From the IMG/VR virus record IMGVR_UViG_3300024351_000034, positions 1 to 53,582 of that record: 53,582 bases of DNA; one strand, written 5' to 3'. This document shows, piece after piece, positions 19,301 to 26,800 of this stretch. The first letter of the stretch is position 1. Every line of letters begins with the position of its first letter. The position numbers were made by a program, and so were the translations under genes. This DNA comes from a virus (taxonomy: Duplodnaviria > Caudoviricetes). Under the pieces are notes generated by a model, which saw nothing but the letters and a program-made list of their open reading frames with translations, ran no database searches and was not told the DNA's origin.

Positions 19301-20789
19301 CAGCTTTTTGTCTAGCAAGACGTTGCCCTGCTTGCGCAAATTTTCCGGGTTGTTTTGCACCGACACGAGAAAGCATTCGACTGACTTGATATAACTTTTT
19401 TGCATCTTTGTAGAATCCGGCTGTACCACCACTAAACATTGCCATAGTGGTGCCTAAATCCGAAATTCCCATAGGATCTGTTTGTTGTTTTATTGCTCTT
19501 TCTTGCTCATTTAAATCAATGACATTTCCACTTGCATCACGTGCTGTCATAGGAATTGCATTGACTACGCCTTCAATAGGAGAGCCTAAAAAACTAGTGG
19601 CTTGATTAGCAAACTCACCCTGCTCTGCGGTGCCACCTAAACCACGTACGGCTTGTCCCGGTACACCAGACGTTCCTAATGCAGATGTAGCAGATGGTAA
19701 AAACATACCAGCTGTTTTTAATTTGTTAAAACCAATCATCGATCCAGCAACTGGACGTAATGCACGTGCAAAAATATTGCCAGCAACATTCATAGTTGCC
19801 ATGCCAGCACCAGCACTTAAAGAATTCACAACTGTGTCTTTAGCTGCTTGACGCCATACTTGACGTGTTAAATTTGTTTCATCACCAGTTTTCTCTCGGT
19901 ACCAGTCCATAATTCCAAGAGTGTCGTATACATCGTCGGATGTTTGCGCAGACTGCCCAGACAACATTCCAAGACCACGACCAACTGTGTATTTACCTGC
20001 TTGTCCGCCCCAGACAAATGGAGCTGCAAGAATCTGCTCAGTGCCAGCGCTAGACCCATACATAGACTCAAGAAATATGTTTTCTTTGCCAGTTTTTTCT
20101 GCACCAGCGTAATACTTCTGTTCGCCTTCATCAAAGAACTTTTTAGCATCGTCAAATAATTGAAAATCAGTAGCAATTGATCCAGCGTTTGCCACTGTAC
20201 GCATAGCACCAAGACCCAAACCCGCTATACCACCTGCAACGTTACTAACGTCACGCGCAATAATTGACGTAGCGCTCAATGGATTTTCTTGAGCAACTTT
20301 ATTTTGCAGTATTAATCCTTGGCGGTATCTTTCTTTGCGGGCGTATTTAATATCATTTGGATCTTGATATGGTACATATTGTCTTCCGGTGACTAACTTT
20401 GCGCCATCAATTGGTTCATCACCTTCTCGCTGGACAACTTTTAATTTTTTTGCTTCAAGCAATCGACGTGAAATTAACGTCGAACCTTTCTGATATTCTT
20501 TATAGTTGATATATCCTTTATCTAAGGCATCCCGCAGGTCTGCATCCTCGGTATATATTCCGTCCGTCTTCCATTTATTGGTCGATAACTTATTAATTAT
20601 CTCTGGATATTTTTTTTCACGAAATTCTTTTTTACCTTTTTCGTTTTCTTCGTCGGCTTTTGCTTGTACCCACTCTCCTAAATTGCGAGCATTTTTAGTT
20701 GTCAACTTGGGTGACTTCTCACCCATGTCTACTGCTTGCCGAAAATACCCACGATTCTTTGATGTTGTATTCACATTAGGTTTGCGCAT
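7380..20789 (-). CDS. Giant (4469 aa) internal virion/ejection protein, large polyvalent protein type with zincin metallopeptidase domain
   Basis: Last gene of the ejection cluster; Gly/Ala-rich hydrophobic helices near the N-terminus; ATLAHEVGH (HExxH, 13179-13193) with downstream HETFVSGF. Confidence 0.75.
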   Translation of the reverse strand: MRKPNVNTTSKNRGYFRQAVDMGEKSPKLTTKNARNLGEWVQAKADEENEKGKKEFREKKYPEIINKLSTNKWKTDGIYTEDADLRDALDKGYINYKEYQKGSTLISRRLLEAKKLKVVQREGDEPIDGAKLVTGRQYVPYQDPNDIKYARKERYRQGLILQNKVAQENPLSATSIIARDVSNVAGGIAGLGLGAMRTVANAGSIATDFQLFDDAKKFFDEGEQKYYAGAEKTGKENIFLESMYGSSAGTEQILAAPFVWGGQAGKYTVGRGLGMLSGQSAQTSDDVYDTLGIMDWYREKTGDETNLTRQVWRQAAKDTVVNSLSAGAGMATMNVAGNIFARALRPVAGSMIGFNKLKTAGMFLPSATSALGTSGVPGQAVRGLGGTAEQGEFANQATSFLGSPIEGVVNAIPMTARDASGNVIDLNEQERAIKQQTDPMGISDLGTTMAMFSGGTAGFYKDAKKLYQVSRMLSRVGAKQPGKFAQAGQRLARQKAELIGAVGPDAMFAMNNILQPAAQTYRAATDKTTDKEGNLLHQAPTMIDLAKATLMTFGATRPHAKFAPVIQPTLRGKPLMSGVDVNAQAYYMARDYVDGGDWRSTYINKRFADVTGNKEAHPDDVKRVASAIYDMVKTPAMEEMTKGRMLPQHAIEGMFIRLAEGKGIDHESGEVSQAEVNKLIGSMRKKGDKNPLPDDSPLLKHGVNPNLYATNPAARKTQIAELQKHIAGELQKQVEQSQAPSDTNAKPETVAEEPLESTGNKFYAVRIEDGEDGSPQYIAYNSHKTGYGHTFRSAEIVKGDQDISDLIDISSSANMAKNRLHTSEALARVVAANPDVMNPLGTNRWTSEDGESTRTIGGFRPDGGVIVKNYNSVDGNVTEEVLPSTQVAREIGVLAPKLAAVIGSHLEAMNSTKTELGDVPDFYESVDFPDKVAYTSKDGSTRDVNGRLISTFGVMDPIGVFQLQDGSIYVQPVRNQGVRTKAPLTSRQIDSSPEALNARTLAQAKRSVEASEGYIDLDVHNIGVPTRIMLSPEQIELANTILDSDLPDADKAMALRNAIAESLALDTPPNSKAYRLNDNGEVTQDAELMAGDVVIGHFDPMKIGDDGQKGVVIKTDGRLVTVKLLSDPEGLGYTAPIDQVVVDTHHDRAEMNKRLSDFVPSEDAPTLRPYKRSFTDEEELAIFVATKNAVSVQKEIKQASAEQLPDIIKTYVRDARSMPQAVKSGLIIWAATNQNTEAVIDALVSVYDDAMSEGTPNIHYLNQVANLYGDARFIDTLYTIDDLNNTLPKAGLFSARSIQEAATTRAISRRMNQIMLRSNNKIGPAEAYRKAIKSLGITPERNSTTERDAKAESLYMRGIAPQAVAHIDTMWHMKRLSGLNLDAQVRLGRAIASIADVTASRKALTEVGLPLMLVDFWRGENYYNQALTQVRNLVGAETAETIGQTEKALRNVGLDFLYYAAGDRDQAYKRNLLTKDLDAFKAFQKESGMYIANSVIPKVIIDAIGESVNNSQFLGFTEEGKADQTNQLSFLAVLAKYGREIGEVIDRSEIPAMEKESIVNAMFELLAQVEENPAIAERVATYNGSDTGNGVDTVLRNGNSVTNITAVESMQAVNKAADEIMDHAVVDEFVSADKVNGRRTGDEDLTETEKAQLALEENDIAGLRKLNVQRLTNIKNFTQVVNALSTFKISDVKTLLDKYAHLYGWDAAKEALALAEESGDEQAIGKARDAEVEPRRNTFLAAFRHLDNILSNSKQLSLLYMDGDVHLDENFETALGQLENAYETLQNYYTQVGLSYKSITALGDSDVAGGKLVSQGEEGSAAETQNLSEEVDKGQITILQNQIRAINADVNIPIAEKREQIAILQKAINTFSAKVENQQKESSIQDKFMTALNNFNNAVIKVPQPLLEKFADAPQDVLAIQLNIMQNMYDSLISDPLREMGTARSIAFGENSVRMLRQVTRMAKEQLTFLSDAIKSQEVSIDVANGEVSINIFGQRRNVQDIEKIGMAIDRDNPDVVKINPDTSVADAMFVSSAIDPMLPEFLDDNPSVVTYAISSDTGFDGLVVHDQNAAERANLLAMHARNYAGMREVLSKVLTSELELASSDVPSEQVKLFGDKQVQAINPLTVVSPVRNKNLGDVSLTASGVMDAAQNKWSAETVRTLNRAVRDGIPTEGGLKVIPTSADESVVKKINRRISELFGGLARHDAKFTAKELAVSVRMIIQDELTGKTDFQKELLSITKPDDFVTQWSRIDKTGTYASFRAGYNDVPHQIATTLKALSEAGNEAVIFTTNASGRHSIFSEPAEGQLRAIKPATAKLLYDMYNQIDTSEYTNQQQADDINRIKGIYRQIMSDAALQPAKKLAGDLNMVNQLATGLAKLYDNFAFGHANDKLSMLLGSQQPQHRAEIINGLRAVGTREQIVQAFIQNSALSFAQFMSTTKALTPEQVNAFRAYMIARGRQDYYLNSGRVLFTTKKIMSLTNVGMRDHIGTEKSKQQVYGATLSLQNKAAKATHKLMMIASDMSADRNAATLAHEVGHVLFHGVSDGNQMRLLESLLPMGADFLSRINETHPLYPVMTQLEAAREYRRKFGSLDLRAAWADLADVDGISLKEDWHPFAHETFVSGFLTTISNFEAPIANNAAMSIDRDAASIFQEVGGPLRAAWKGLARTSPADILRTADGKFQQQWTSPIPFAKYNTGRRTVSYPQLRQGDYISLNIPTKGRLEGRAYVHMYSPKDMVRIWVDSGFGTGVGQTYGYEHVINGRKINSPFKDETLTQMFVDNVRNGTYNPRDFWFTPIHGSNRKLRLFGEDDSMQQRYGFRLQGRVVDQIVAMDSRFNQGKFSTAFVDNAMGEPITYVSVSQDGGVDKDGFFPNHLHLRDTDVSEGRFVKASSKGITREYESVPLKNSYYVVEMPVTLRVGTGKKGLSRNTTVRMLVSSEALADLDGTVQPRLHGYSGEYNSKFSAVLYDINRRVSQVQKTLVGLTDYSDQIALEKKILTGTSVDFQGNRPSTETAADRIGAYFADQFKHVRAAGVDMRGMMKVGRASVEADILDHMMTQGLINDEGGITLEGTDFLNRLNDNAINPVGDFIYNNGLFRMSIGRDQMMYDSRFAYDESSNEFLLNVDAPEYKGLVQFFDQLNNALDHKTDDPTVRQDMLEQFAYDMYYAFAKPFTGRTTRADRNMTMHDRIANLVAAFNEGLPDELKLATTSVQDYNGQPTAIDALSAMEMPIRGNNVGDFFTQGYPLQMIDIMDTVMNGRELRFADNYYRSTGAAYALSRVRDVVFGRNNVAGYSNFLKQLADPNPAVNEKASQLLYATAHILDLQEREMSSARYNWKSQKYTLVPNSFKTQKQLLMRDGSGGLYNVDFALNQSRPVVVDPSNPLTLLKGDVLGNRYPITTPGYRMKYQAAVNGSVPEGLFDINTLSPVEKTNFLRDGSVVIMRNVPFHDPSLERGIYLYRITSPLRMKIVDPKAEVDPSVPYTVQLLSNPFRSYRSITDDNGTITQLQSVQEYRQQSASDLIRLAAQAYMPDASAETYERLDNLAQNSIVPHDIFVAKMLVAEAEQNDPTIIPKEWRTKMGADYRVSKILQPDSGAEIDITQSAIVNNARKGTWLSSGDIFEDAIDPFTQEEMNLVDGLEPYDPDVHSDPEAFNQWRQQRYTDIVDKMFVVREPERLILKNDPDNNQIGISVDGKDVYMSIPSADFESVGNTLFSSGSTTPSFGLSPGQLRALQYRVIPGRTRLNKFLNGAWTELNATNIVQRLSLDFARPFLQNFMVTFMDPKNTAMQFYGLAGLAPNFTKPGAQKMLGTTPLQKMASFFLGHSKDTAYGDKAYHGVIKGLFDKYGTPGSRIGAGIPFIHQRTVGGKYVKPVISGVNMPERAYTIADLNELGLSTQYGEWYEAASAMNALNPAMAMEDIPIQLSQSEFIGKGVIAQRYPLVGATERAGVMSTDILRIKMMLEYAAYIDNNLPAFALGDNASRGQMEYVATQYKKNYARVLNTLTGVPAGTDPGLNPKLQEKYYTASQLYTAPNWFKAVGNITLVPAALQLASGMMLNNAMRPILKKFDGGIGYNVVDVGPQARFFDALQFNTPKAGTRVFTPGAEYLRRVSTALIGLATLHWINNEVIAQVSKSAIAKKAGQQVSDTIWTHIAGVQDEGDAMMWTVKPKPIIDKNNLRAAGRVRTIGDVQINYPPAIMGWQKFLVTPALNIEQNINDGMAPPAAIAKEMTKLYFIDRLNPMYGTMRSMITGQEFDGKPSFQKHPGLEYLRANKDQILSSMRGHPYELLLRKVLAQYPNGASRMAIDHEIIPIQNFLRELEQLIYRSPELNLEYDPKVTNLRMNMFGRLIGIENAYQSPFVDDVAGLKILKTSGGAALKEMMEYQYDYPNAIDMINKHGLAGLWEGIPDSGDVTLQDIKYPGMPTSPIIFESTDRTERLRARQKRRYKKNFEPLNNEDVQKIIEEVGQ

Positions 20790-20803
20790 GTATCATTATC
20801 TCA

Positions 20804-22603
20804 CTACTTTAGTGTGCTAAGCCAATCTTCAATAGCCTTCAGTTCCTTATCTACTGCCGCTGTATTTGGTCTACCACCGGGAACTGTACTTTGTCTTGGT
20901 GTTACAAATGTATTTCTAATGTATTTTATTGCATCGTTATTTGCTGCTGTTTTTATGCCATACATTTTTGAATTGCGTTTTGTGTAATCACCAATAGTGT
21001 TAGCTGGTTCTGAAACCATAATTGAATTTAAACGCCTACTCATGTTACTTGAGCGTTGTTGATAAAACGCACGAATAATATTAATGGGTACTTTTGTAGC
21101 AGCATTAACACTATCCATTCCGAGTAGTACTTCCTCAACTTTGGCAGTAGATTTACTTAATTCTGTAGCTATAGAAGCATCAGAAGCAATTGCATCAGAA
21201 ACTTCTGTTCTGATCGCATTTGAATCTGCTAATTTTTGAGCTACGGTTAATTGCTCAGGTCCCGTTTTTGCTGTTTGTGTTAATTTTGCTCGTTTATATG
21301 CTTCTGCTTGATCATATTGATCGGTTAATGTCTTAAATACTTGATCTCGATATTCAGTCATATCTTTTATTGTTGTATTTAGAGAATCAACTCTTTGTCT
21401 TCTAGCTTCTTTTACTTGTTCAATAATTGCATCATCTGGTTTTATTAATGGTGCTAGAACCGAGTTAAGACGCAATTTTTGTTCCGGCGTTAGACTTGCA
21501 TAAAAATTTGTTTTAGGTGTAACGTTATCATTTTCGTCAATATTGACAGGCCATATAGATTTATCGGAACCAAGTATTAATTTTAATGACTCTTCCGCTC
21601 CCAAATGCCGACCAACTCCTACAGCAGCACTTTGTTTTAACGCTTCTTGAATTTTAGGCATTTCAGCTTCTACAAACTTACTTGTATTAAGCCCAATATT
21701 TTCTGGATGTTTAATGTATCCGGCTCGCAATACACGATCCTTACCACCGGGTACGTAAACATTCTGATTTCTCACTCCCATTTCTGGCATGTCAAAATAA
21801 TTTAAACCAAGAGCGCCTAATCCATAAGATTTAGCAGCACCAGTAATGGCCTCAATATCTTCCGGTGTAGCAGCTGGCAATGGAAATTGATCTGTTCTTT
21901 GTACCTTTGACTTAGGTGCTGGAGCAACAACACCAGCAGTACCGGGAGCAGTAGTACCGGGAGCAGTAGTACCGGGAGCAGCAGTACCAGTACCAGTATT
22001 AGTACTAGTGCCAGCACTAGTACCAGTGCCTGTACCAATACCAGTATTAGTACCAGTGCCTGTACCTGTAAGCGGTAATGCGCGACTGCCTTTAAATCTA
22101 GTTATAAATTTATTAGGGTCCGAAAGTCCGGGAATAGTAGAAAGTCTTCCGGTTAACCGTGTTGGTAAATCAGCCAATTCACCATTAATAATGTCGTATT
22201 GACTAATTAATAGGTCTCTTGCTGGTCCACGAGTTGACGCAATTTTTGCTTGCAATTCTGCAAGTTGAGCCTGTTTTGCCGCGCGTTCTTTTTCTAACTC
22301 AGCCGTAATTTGATCAGCGGTAATTTCTGGTTGCCCCAGTGCTGTAGCTGTTTCTAATTTACGTACAGGTTCAGTTCTTTGTCGTTCACCAAGAAGGAAG
22401 TCATATTCACCAGCAGCTCGTTCTTCCGCAGCTCTTGCAAATTCAGCCTGTTGATCTTGTAATTTAAATTGTCGATCAGTATTTGCTTGTTGTTCTTGCT
22501 GCTGCAGATATTGCTGTCTTTCCTGATTTCTTTGTTCTTGGCCTTGCTGTAAAGCACTTAAAAAGCCAAGTAATGCAGATGCTCCTGTTTGACTTGCTTT
22601 CAT
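20804..22603 (-). CDS. Putative ejection (DNA transfer) protein, 599 aa
   Basis: N-terminal amphipathic ALLGFLSAL, Q/E-rich coiled coil, Thr/Gly/Pro linker; between the small ejection protein and the giant protein. Confidence 0.65.
   Translation of the reverse strand: MKASQTGASALLGFLSALQQGQEQRNQERQQYLQQQEQQANTDRQFKLQDQQAEFARAAEERAAGEYDFLLGERQRTEPVRKLETATALGQPEITADQITAELEKERAAKQAQLAELQAKIASTRGPARDLLISQYDIINGELADLPTRLTGRLSTIPGLSDPNKFITRFKGSRALPLTGTGTGTNTGIGTGTGTSAGTSTNTGTGTAAPGTTAPGTTAPGTAGVVAPAPKSKVQRTDQFPLPAATPEDIEAITGAAKSYGLGALGLNYFDMPEMGVRNQNVYVPGGKDRVLRAGYIKHPENIGLNTSKFVEAEMPKIQEALKQSAAVGVGRHLGAEESLKLILGSDKSIWPVNIDENDNVTPKTNFYASLTPEQKLRLNSVLAPLIKPDDAIIEQVKEARRQRVDSLNTTIKDMTEYRDQVFKTLTDQYDQAEAYKRAKLTQTAKTGPEQLTVAQKLADSNAIRTEVSDAIASDASIATELSKSTAKVEEVLLGMDSVNAATKVPINIIRAFYQQRSSNMSRRLNSIMVSEPANTIGDYTKRNSKMYGIKTAANNDAIKYIRNTFVTPRQSTVPGGRPNTAAVDKELKAIEDWLSTLK
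21938..22070 (-). repeat. Intragenic tandem repeats encoding TGTGT / (T/A)APGT linker
   Basis: Three near-perfect 15-nt units AGTACCGGGAGCAG(T/C) at 21938-21982; TAGTACCAGTGCCTGTACC repeated at 22018 and 22048. Confidence 0.92.
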
Positions 22604-22606
22604 ATC

Positions 22607-23362
22607 TTATTCCTGTGACATCCAACCCGGTTGACGATATTTAGCATTAAATTCTCTTTGACGTAATCCAAAATCACGATCCGCATTACGCTGATTTATA
22701 TACTGTCCACCAAGTGCTCCAAACTGACTTGCAATTGAATTAGCTTGGTTTTGAGCTGCATTTTGAGCTTCCATTTGCTGTTGCGCCTCACCCATGTACT
22801 GATTGTATAAATTGTTTGACATGTTGGAAGCATTACCAAACAAACTATTTGCACTGCCCTGATACTGATTATATGCTTGGTTGGCGTAACCTAATGCTCG
22901 CTCCATTTCCTGTGGACGATTTAACGCTTTTTGAACAGCAGCACCGGACATGGCCTGTGATATAGGATTATTATAGAAATTGTCCTGCATAATGTTGTTC
23001 GTCATACCGCCGCCAAGATTAATATTGTTACCCATTGCGTTATAACGTGCCTGTGCTTGAGCAGCCTGTCCTGTTATGTTACCCATTTGTGCTCCGGCTG
23101 CCCGTAACATCTCATTAGTAGCATCTGGATTACCAAGGCGTTCAATTTGATTCTGTACACCACGGCTGTACATATTTCCAAACTTATCAGCCTGTGCTTG
23201 ATTTTGTTGACCCAAAGCATATTGTTGATTTTGTATGTTCTGATTGAATAACCGTTGTTGGGACAATTGAGCCTGATACGGATTCTTTTGCCTACCAAAT
23301 AACGATCCAGCAGCTTGTCCCAAAAGTGTACTACCCAATCCAATAGCTAATTGTGGTGGCAT
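22607..23362 (-). CDS. Putative small ejection/pilot protein (Q/N/A-rich)
   Basis: N-terminal LAIGLGSTLLGQAAGSLFG and Gln/Asn-rich helices typical of podovirus pilot proteins; position after the nozzle. Confidence 0.65.
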   Translation of the reverse strand: MPPQLAIGLGSTLLGQAAGSLFGRQKNPYQAQLSQQRLFNQNIQNQQYALGQQNQAQADKFGNMYSRGVQNQIERLGNPDATNEMLRAAGAQMGNITGQAAQAQARYNAMGNNINLGGGMTNNIMQDNFYNNPISQAMSGAAVQKALNRPQEMERALGYANQAYNQYQGSANSLFGNASNMSNNLYNQYMGEAQQQMEAQNAAQNQANSIASQFGALGGQYINQRNADRDFGLRQREFNAKYRQPGWMSQE

Positions 23363-23372
23363 TGTAATCCTC

Positions 23373-23810
23373 CTATTGTAATACGTACCATATTCCTGCT
23401 CCTGTAGAATCTACTTGTGCTACTAAAGTAACCGTCTCATACTGTGCTGCTGGCCATGCCTTAGCAGTTGCTTTACCTAATGTATCTCCACTTTGAACTG
23501 CAGCACTTACCTGATTTGTGCCACTATCTGTTTTGATTATATGTATAAATTGCCCATTAGCGTAATAAGCACGTGGCAATGTAACGACAACAGCTGCGCC
23601 TGTTGCATTTACACTAACAATTAACTGTCCTGTATCCATTGTTGTACTAGCGCTTATAGCAATAGATGTAAAATTTGCTGGCGGATATGCAGGTGGGAAT
23701 GCTCCAGATGATTGAACGTCCGATTTAATTATTGTACTGTTACCCGGACCGGAGATAGTTCCGGCCTTTGGGGCTGGTGGTTGTGGCGCACCGCTTCCAA
23801 ATACTGGCAT
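23373..23810 (-). CDS. Small tail fibre/tip-like protein
   Basis: VTLPRA...GQFIHIIKTDSGTNQV...QYETVTLV...WYVL resembles a common phage fibre C-terminal beta domain. Confidence 0.55.
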   Translation of the reverse strand: MPVFGSGAPQPPAPKAGTISGPGNSTIIKSDVQSSGAFPPAYPPANFTSIAISASTTMDTGQLIVSVNATGAAVVVTLPRAYYANGQFIHIIKTDSGTNQVSAAVQSGDTLGKATAKAWPAAQYETVTLVAQVDSTGAGIWYVLQ

Positions 23811-26800
23811 TAACCCCTCCTTACTCCGGCTTCTGTTGACATAATAGATAAAGCATGAACTTCAACACGTGATGTTGCAGCAGTACCACTAAGTTGTAAT
23901 TCTAGCCACGTACCACGCAATTCATTTGGCATCTGCCTAAATCCAATTGCTTTATCTTGATTTGCTTGCGTAGTGTACTGACCAGAAGCTGTCACGTTTT
24001 TGTTATTTCGTAACTGCCACGTAAACGTTGTTGCTGTCGGTGAATAATAATGAACGTTTAATTGATGTGGCCTATTCAATCCGTAATAAGCTACACCTTC
24101 AGCGTACGTTTGGCCGTACTGGCGCGTAACTATTTTCCAGTCAATTCCCTGTGTTGCACCACTGTAAGTCTGTCTGTCTGTAAATCCTTCTAATCTGTAA
24201 ATTTGACCATCATGTGATCCAACATACATATCAGAGACATCATTAATAGACGTACATGACACGGCACTAGTAACATACATTTGTTGTGATGCAAACACAG
24301 GCATCTTCCATTTTACCCAACCACTAGTTCTTGAGTCGTAAATGTAGATAACACTGTTTGAATTTGCACTAGTCGCTCCAGCCACAGGAGCAAACGCATA
24401 CAACCGACGTTCATGAGGCAGGAGTATGATGTCTGCGTATGCTGGTGCGGCAATGTAATTAGATGAACCAGTCGGCCCATAATCCATTGATCGAGGATTC
24501 AAAACACCCTCCAGTGGGAGACTAATAGGCTCTATCTGTGGTCCATTCATTACACTTATACCAAAACTCGTAACGTGCATTGGATGACCAATTACAGATG
24601 CAATTCCTTTAGGTGCTAATAAACCTGTGCCGGGTTCCCTAACAAATTGTTGTGCTTCAAATGACGATGCGTCAAATCCAGTAATTGGAACAATGCTATT
24701 TTCGCGATAGGCAATTAAAATTGCAGATGTATTACCTCCAGCTGCTACAACGTTTTCGGCTGAATAGGACAACAGGTTTACAATTTTTTCATTATCATCC
24801 TGTGATCCAATGGTAATAAATGCACCCTTAATTGCCATAAATGGATCTTGCACGTCAGGAATATTAGTAGTGTAAATACCATATTCGTTATTTTTATCTA
24901 TTGGCCAACTTGCATATAAACCGTTGTCTTTAGATGTCCATAAGCGCTGCTTGTGATTTGCTATTGAAGATAAACCTACTGGCAGTTGATCACGTCCCGT
25001 ATGGTAAAACATTCCGGGTCTACCAACATTTGTTGGATACAAAATATCCGTATCTCTAACGTCATCGTAAATAGTGTATGTCGCTGTATTAGTAGACCAA
25101 GACACGTCAAATGTAACAGCATCACTATTAACTAATGTTCCAGTAACATAATCAAATACTTTTGCATTTTGTCCTGTGTACGACGCTCCAGTGCCAATGT
25201 TTGTTGGAATCATAGCAATCAGGCGAGGCATGCCATCCGTAAATATAGTGTCACATCGCCTATACACAAGAATGTAGTCATATGTATACGCACTTGTTGA
25301 AGTACGTAAACCATCATCCGTAAAAGAAACTTTACCGCTACTGTATGCTACAGACGATTCAATATTAGGACTAAATGCACTAGATAACGTTTCAATACCT
25401 TCTCCGGGTGGAGCAACTATATTGTAAGCAGATGTCGCCCTCCATGCTGCAGGAGCAGATTTCCAACGTGTATATATGTAGGTATAACGGTTGTCTGGAG
25501 TTAATCCACCTTGTCTAACAACATCACCCAATGAGATCAATACGGAATCATTGGTAACGTCTGCAATATCTTCGTCAAATCGTAAATACACAGCTGTTAC
25601 GGCATCACGCTGTGCAGCTGGTATTGGAAATAACTGAAATTCTAGAAACCGCGATTGTGGATTATATGCAGCTTGTCCGGTCCAACTTATACCTCCAGCT
25701 TCTTGTATACCTAAACTAATAGGTATTTCAACTGTACGAATGTTTTCATGCAACTCGGCACGTATACCTATAGCCCTGTCATTAGACATGTTAGGAGTGC
25801 CCGTAATAGCAAGTTTAATCAAGCGATTGGCAACGTATCCGCCGTACTTGCCTTTGATGTTAGTGTTTACCTGTGCAGCTTTAAAGCCAGCAAGACCGAT
25901 ATCAGTGGTTGTTGCATTGTCGTTTGCACTTGACAACATACTATATAAATACACGCCATCAACTAAAATACCGGGGTCATTATCTCTATTCCAACCACTA
26001 TTAGCTAATGACACCTGTAAAGATTGAAGAGTGTCTTCAAATCCACGAAAATCAATTACGTATTCAAATTGAACCCAGTCAGCTGTAGTTTGTTTTGGAG
26101 CTGGATCTGCTGTAGCTTGAAACAATGCTATTCTGTTTGCAGTGCCGGGTGTTGTTCCACTATGTCCAGTCACAGTAATGTTAAGGTATTGTCCATTAAA
26201 CGGCTTAGCATCATCGTAATTCATTAGATAAAACGACAATTTAAACAAACCATTCACTTTTGCAGTTGAACCATTTTGTGAATACGTCGGTAAACTGGAC
26301 ACGTTTTGCACAATGTAGTCTGTTGACTTGTCAATGTGAGCAATGTTTCCTGTTGTGCGACCATCAGCTCCTGCTGACACTGTGCCTTTTGATCCAGCCC
26401 AAGGTAAAGTTTTTATATTTACTAATTGCCCACCATTAGTACCAATAGATGGATCACCAGCTGTAGTGTTCCAGTTACTACATGTAGTAGTCGTGGCTGT
26501 GGCAAAAAGTGGATTTAAAATCCTGTTGTCACTAGGTAATGAAGATGAAAATGTGGCTTGTGCTGCGGAATCTCCATATGTGCCGGAAGTGTATGTTTTA
26601 ATTTGCTTGACAATGCCAACGGCTGAAGGTTTAGTTGATGTTGGACCAGATACACTTGGCATAGATGCAGCAATAGTTCCATTAGTACGAAATAGAGAAA
26701 ACGTAGATCCACTACCACCAACACCATAGATATATCTCCCATACTGCGTCATTCTGACATTTTTTCCAGACGATGGAAAAGCAAATGACAAGCCTGTTGT

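Noticed and set aside
7380-20789. Giant protein as a virion RNA polymerase (N4 or crAss type)
   Set aside because: I found no DxDGD/DFDxD two-barrel motif and no T7-type R-x3-K-x7-YG motif by eye. It stays unsupported unless a structure search shows otherwise.
21938-22070. CRISPR-like array
   Set aside because: The units are contiguous, in frame and have no unique spacers.
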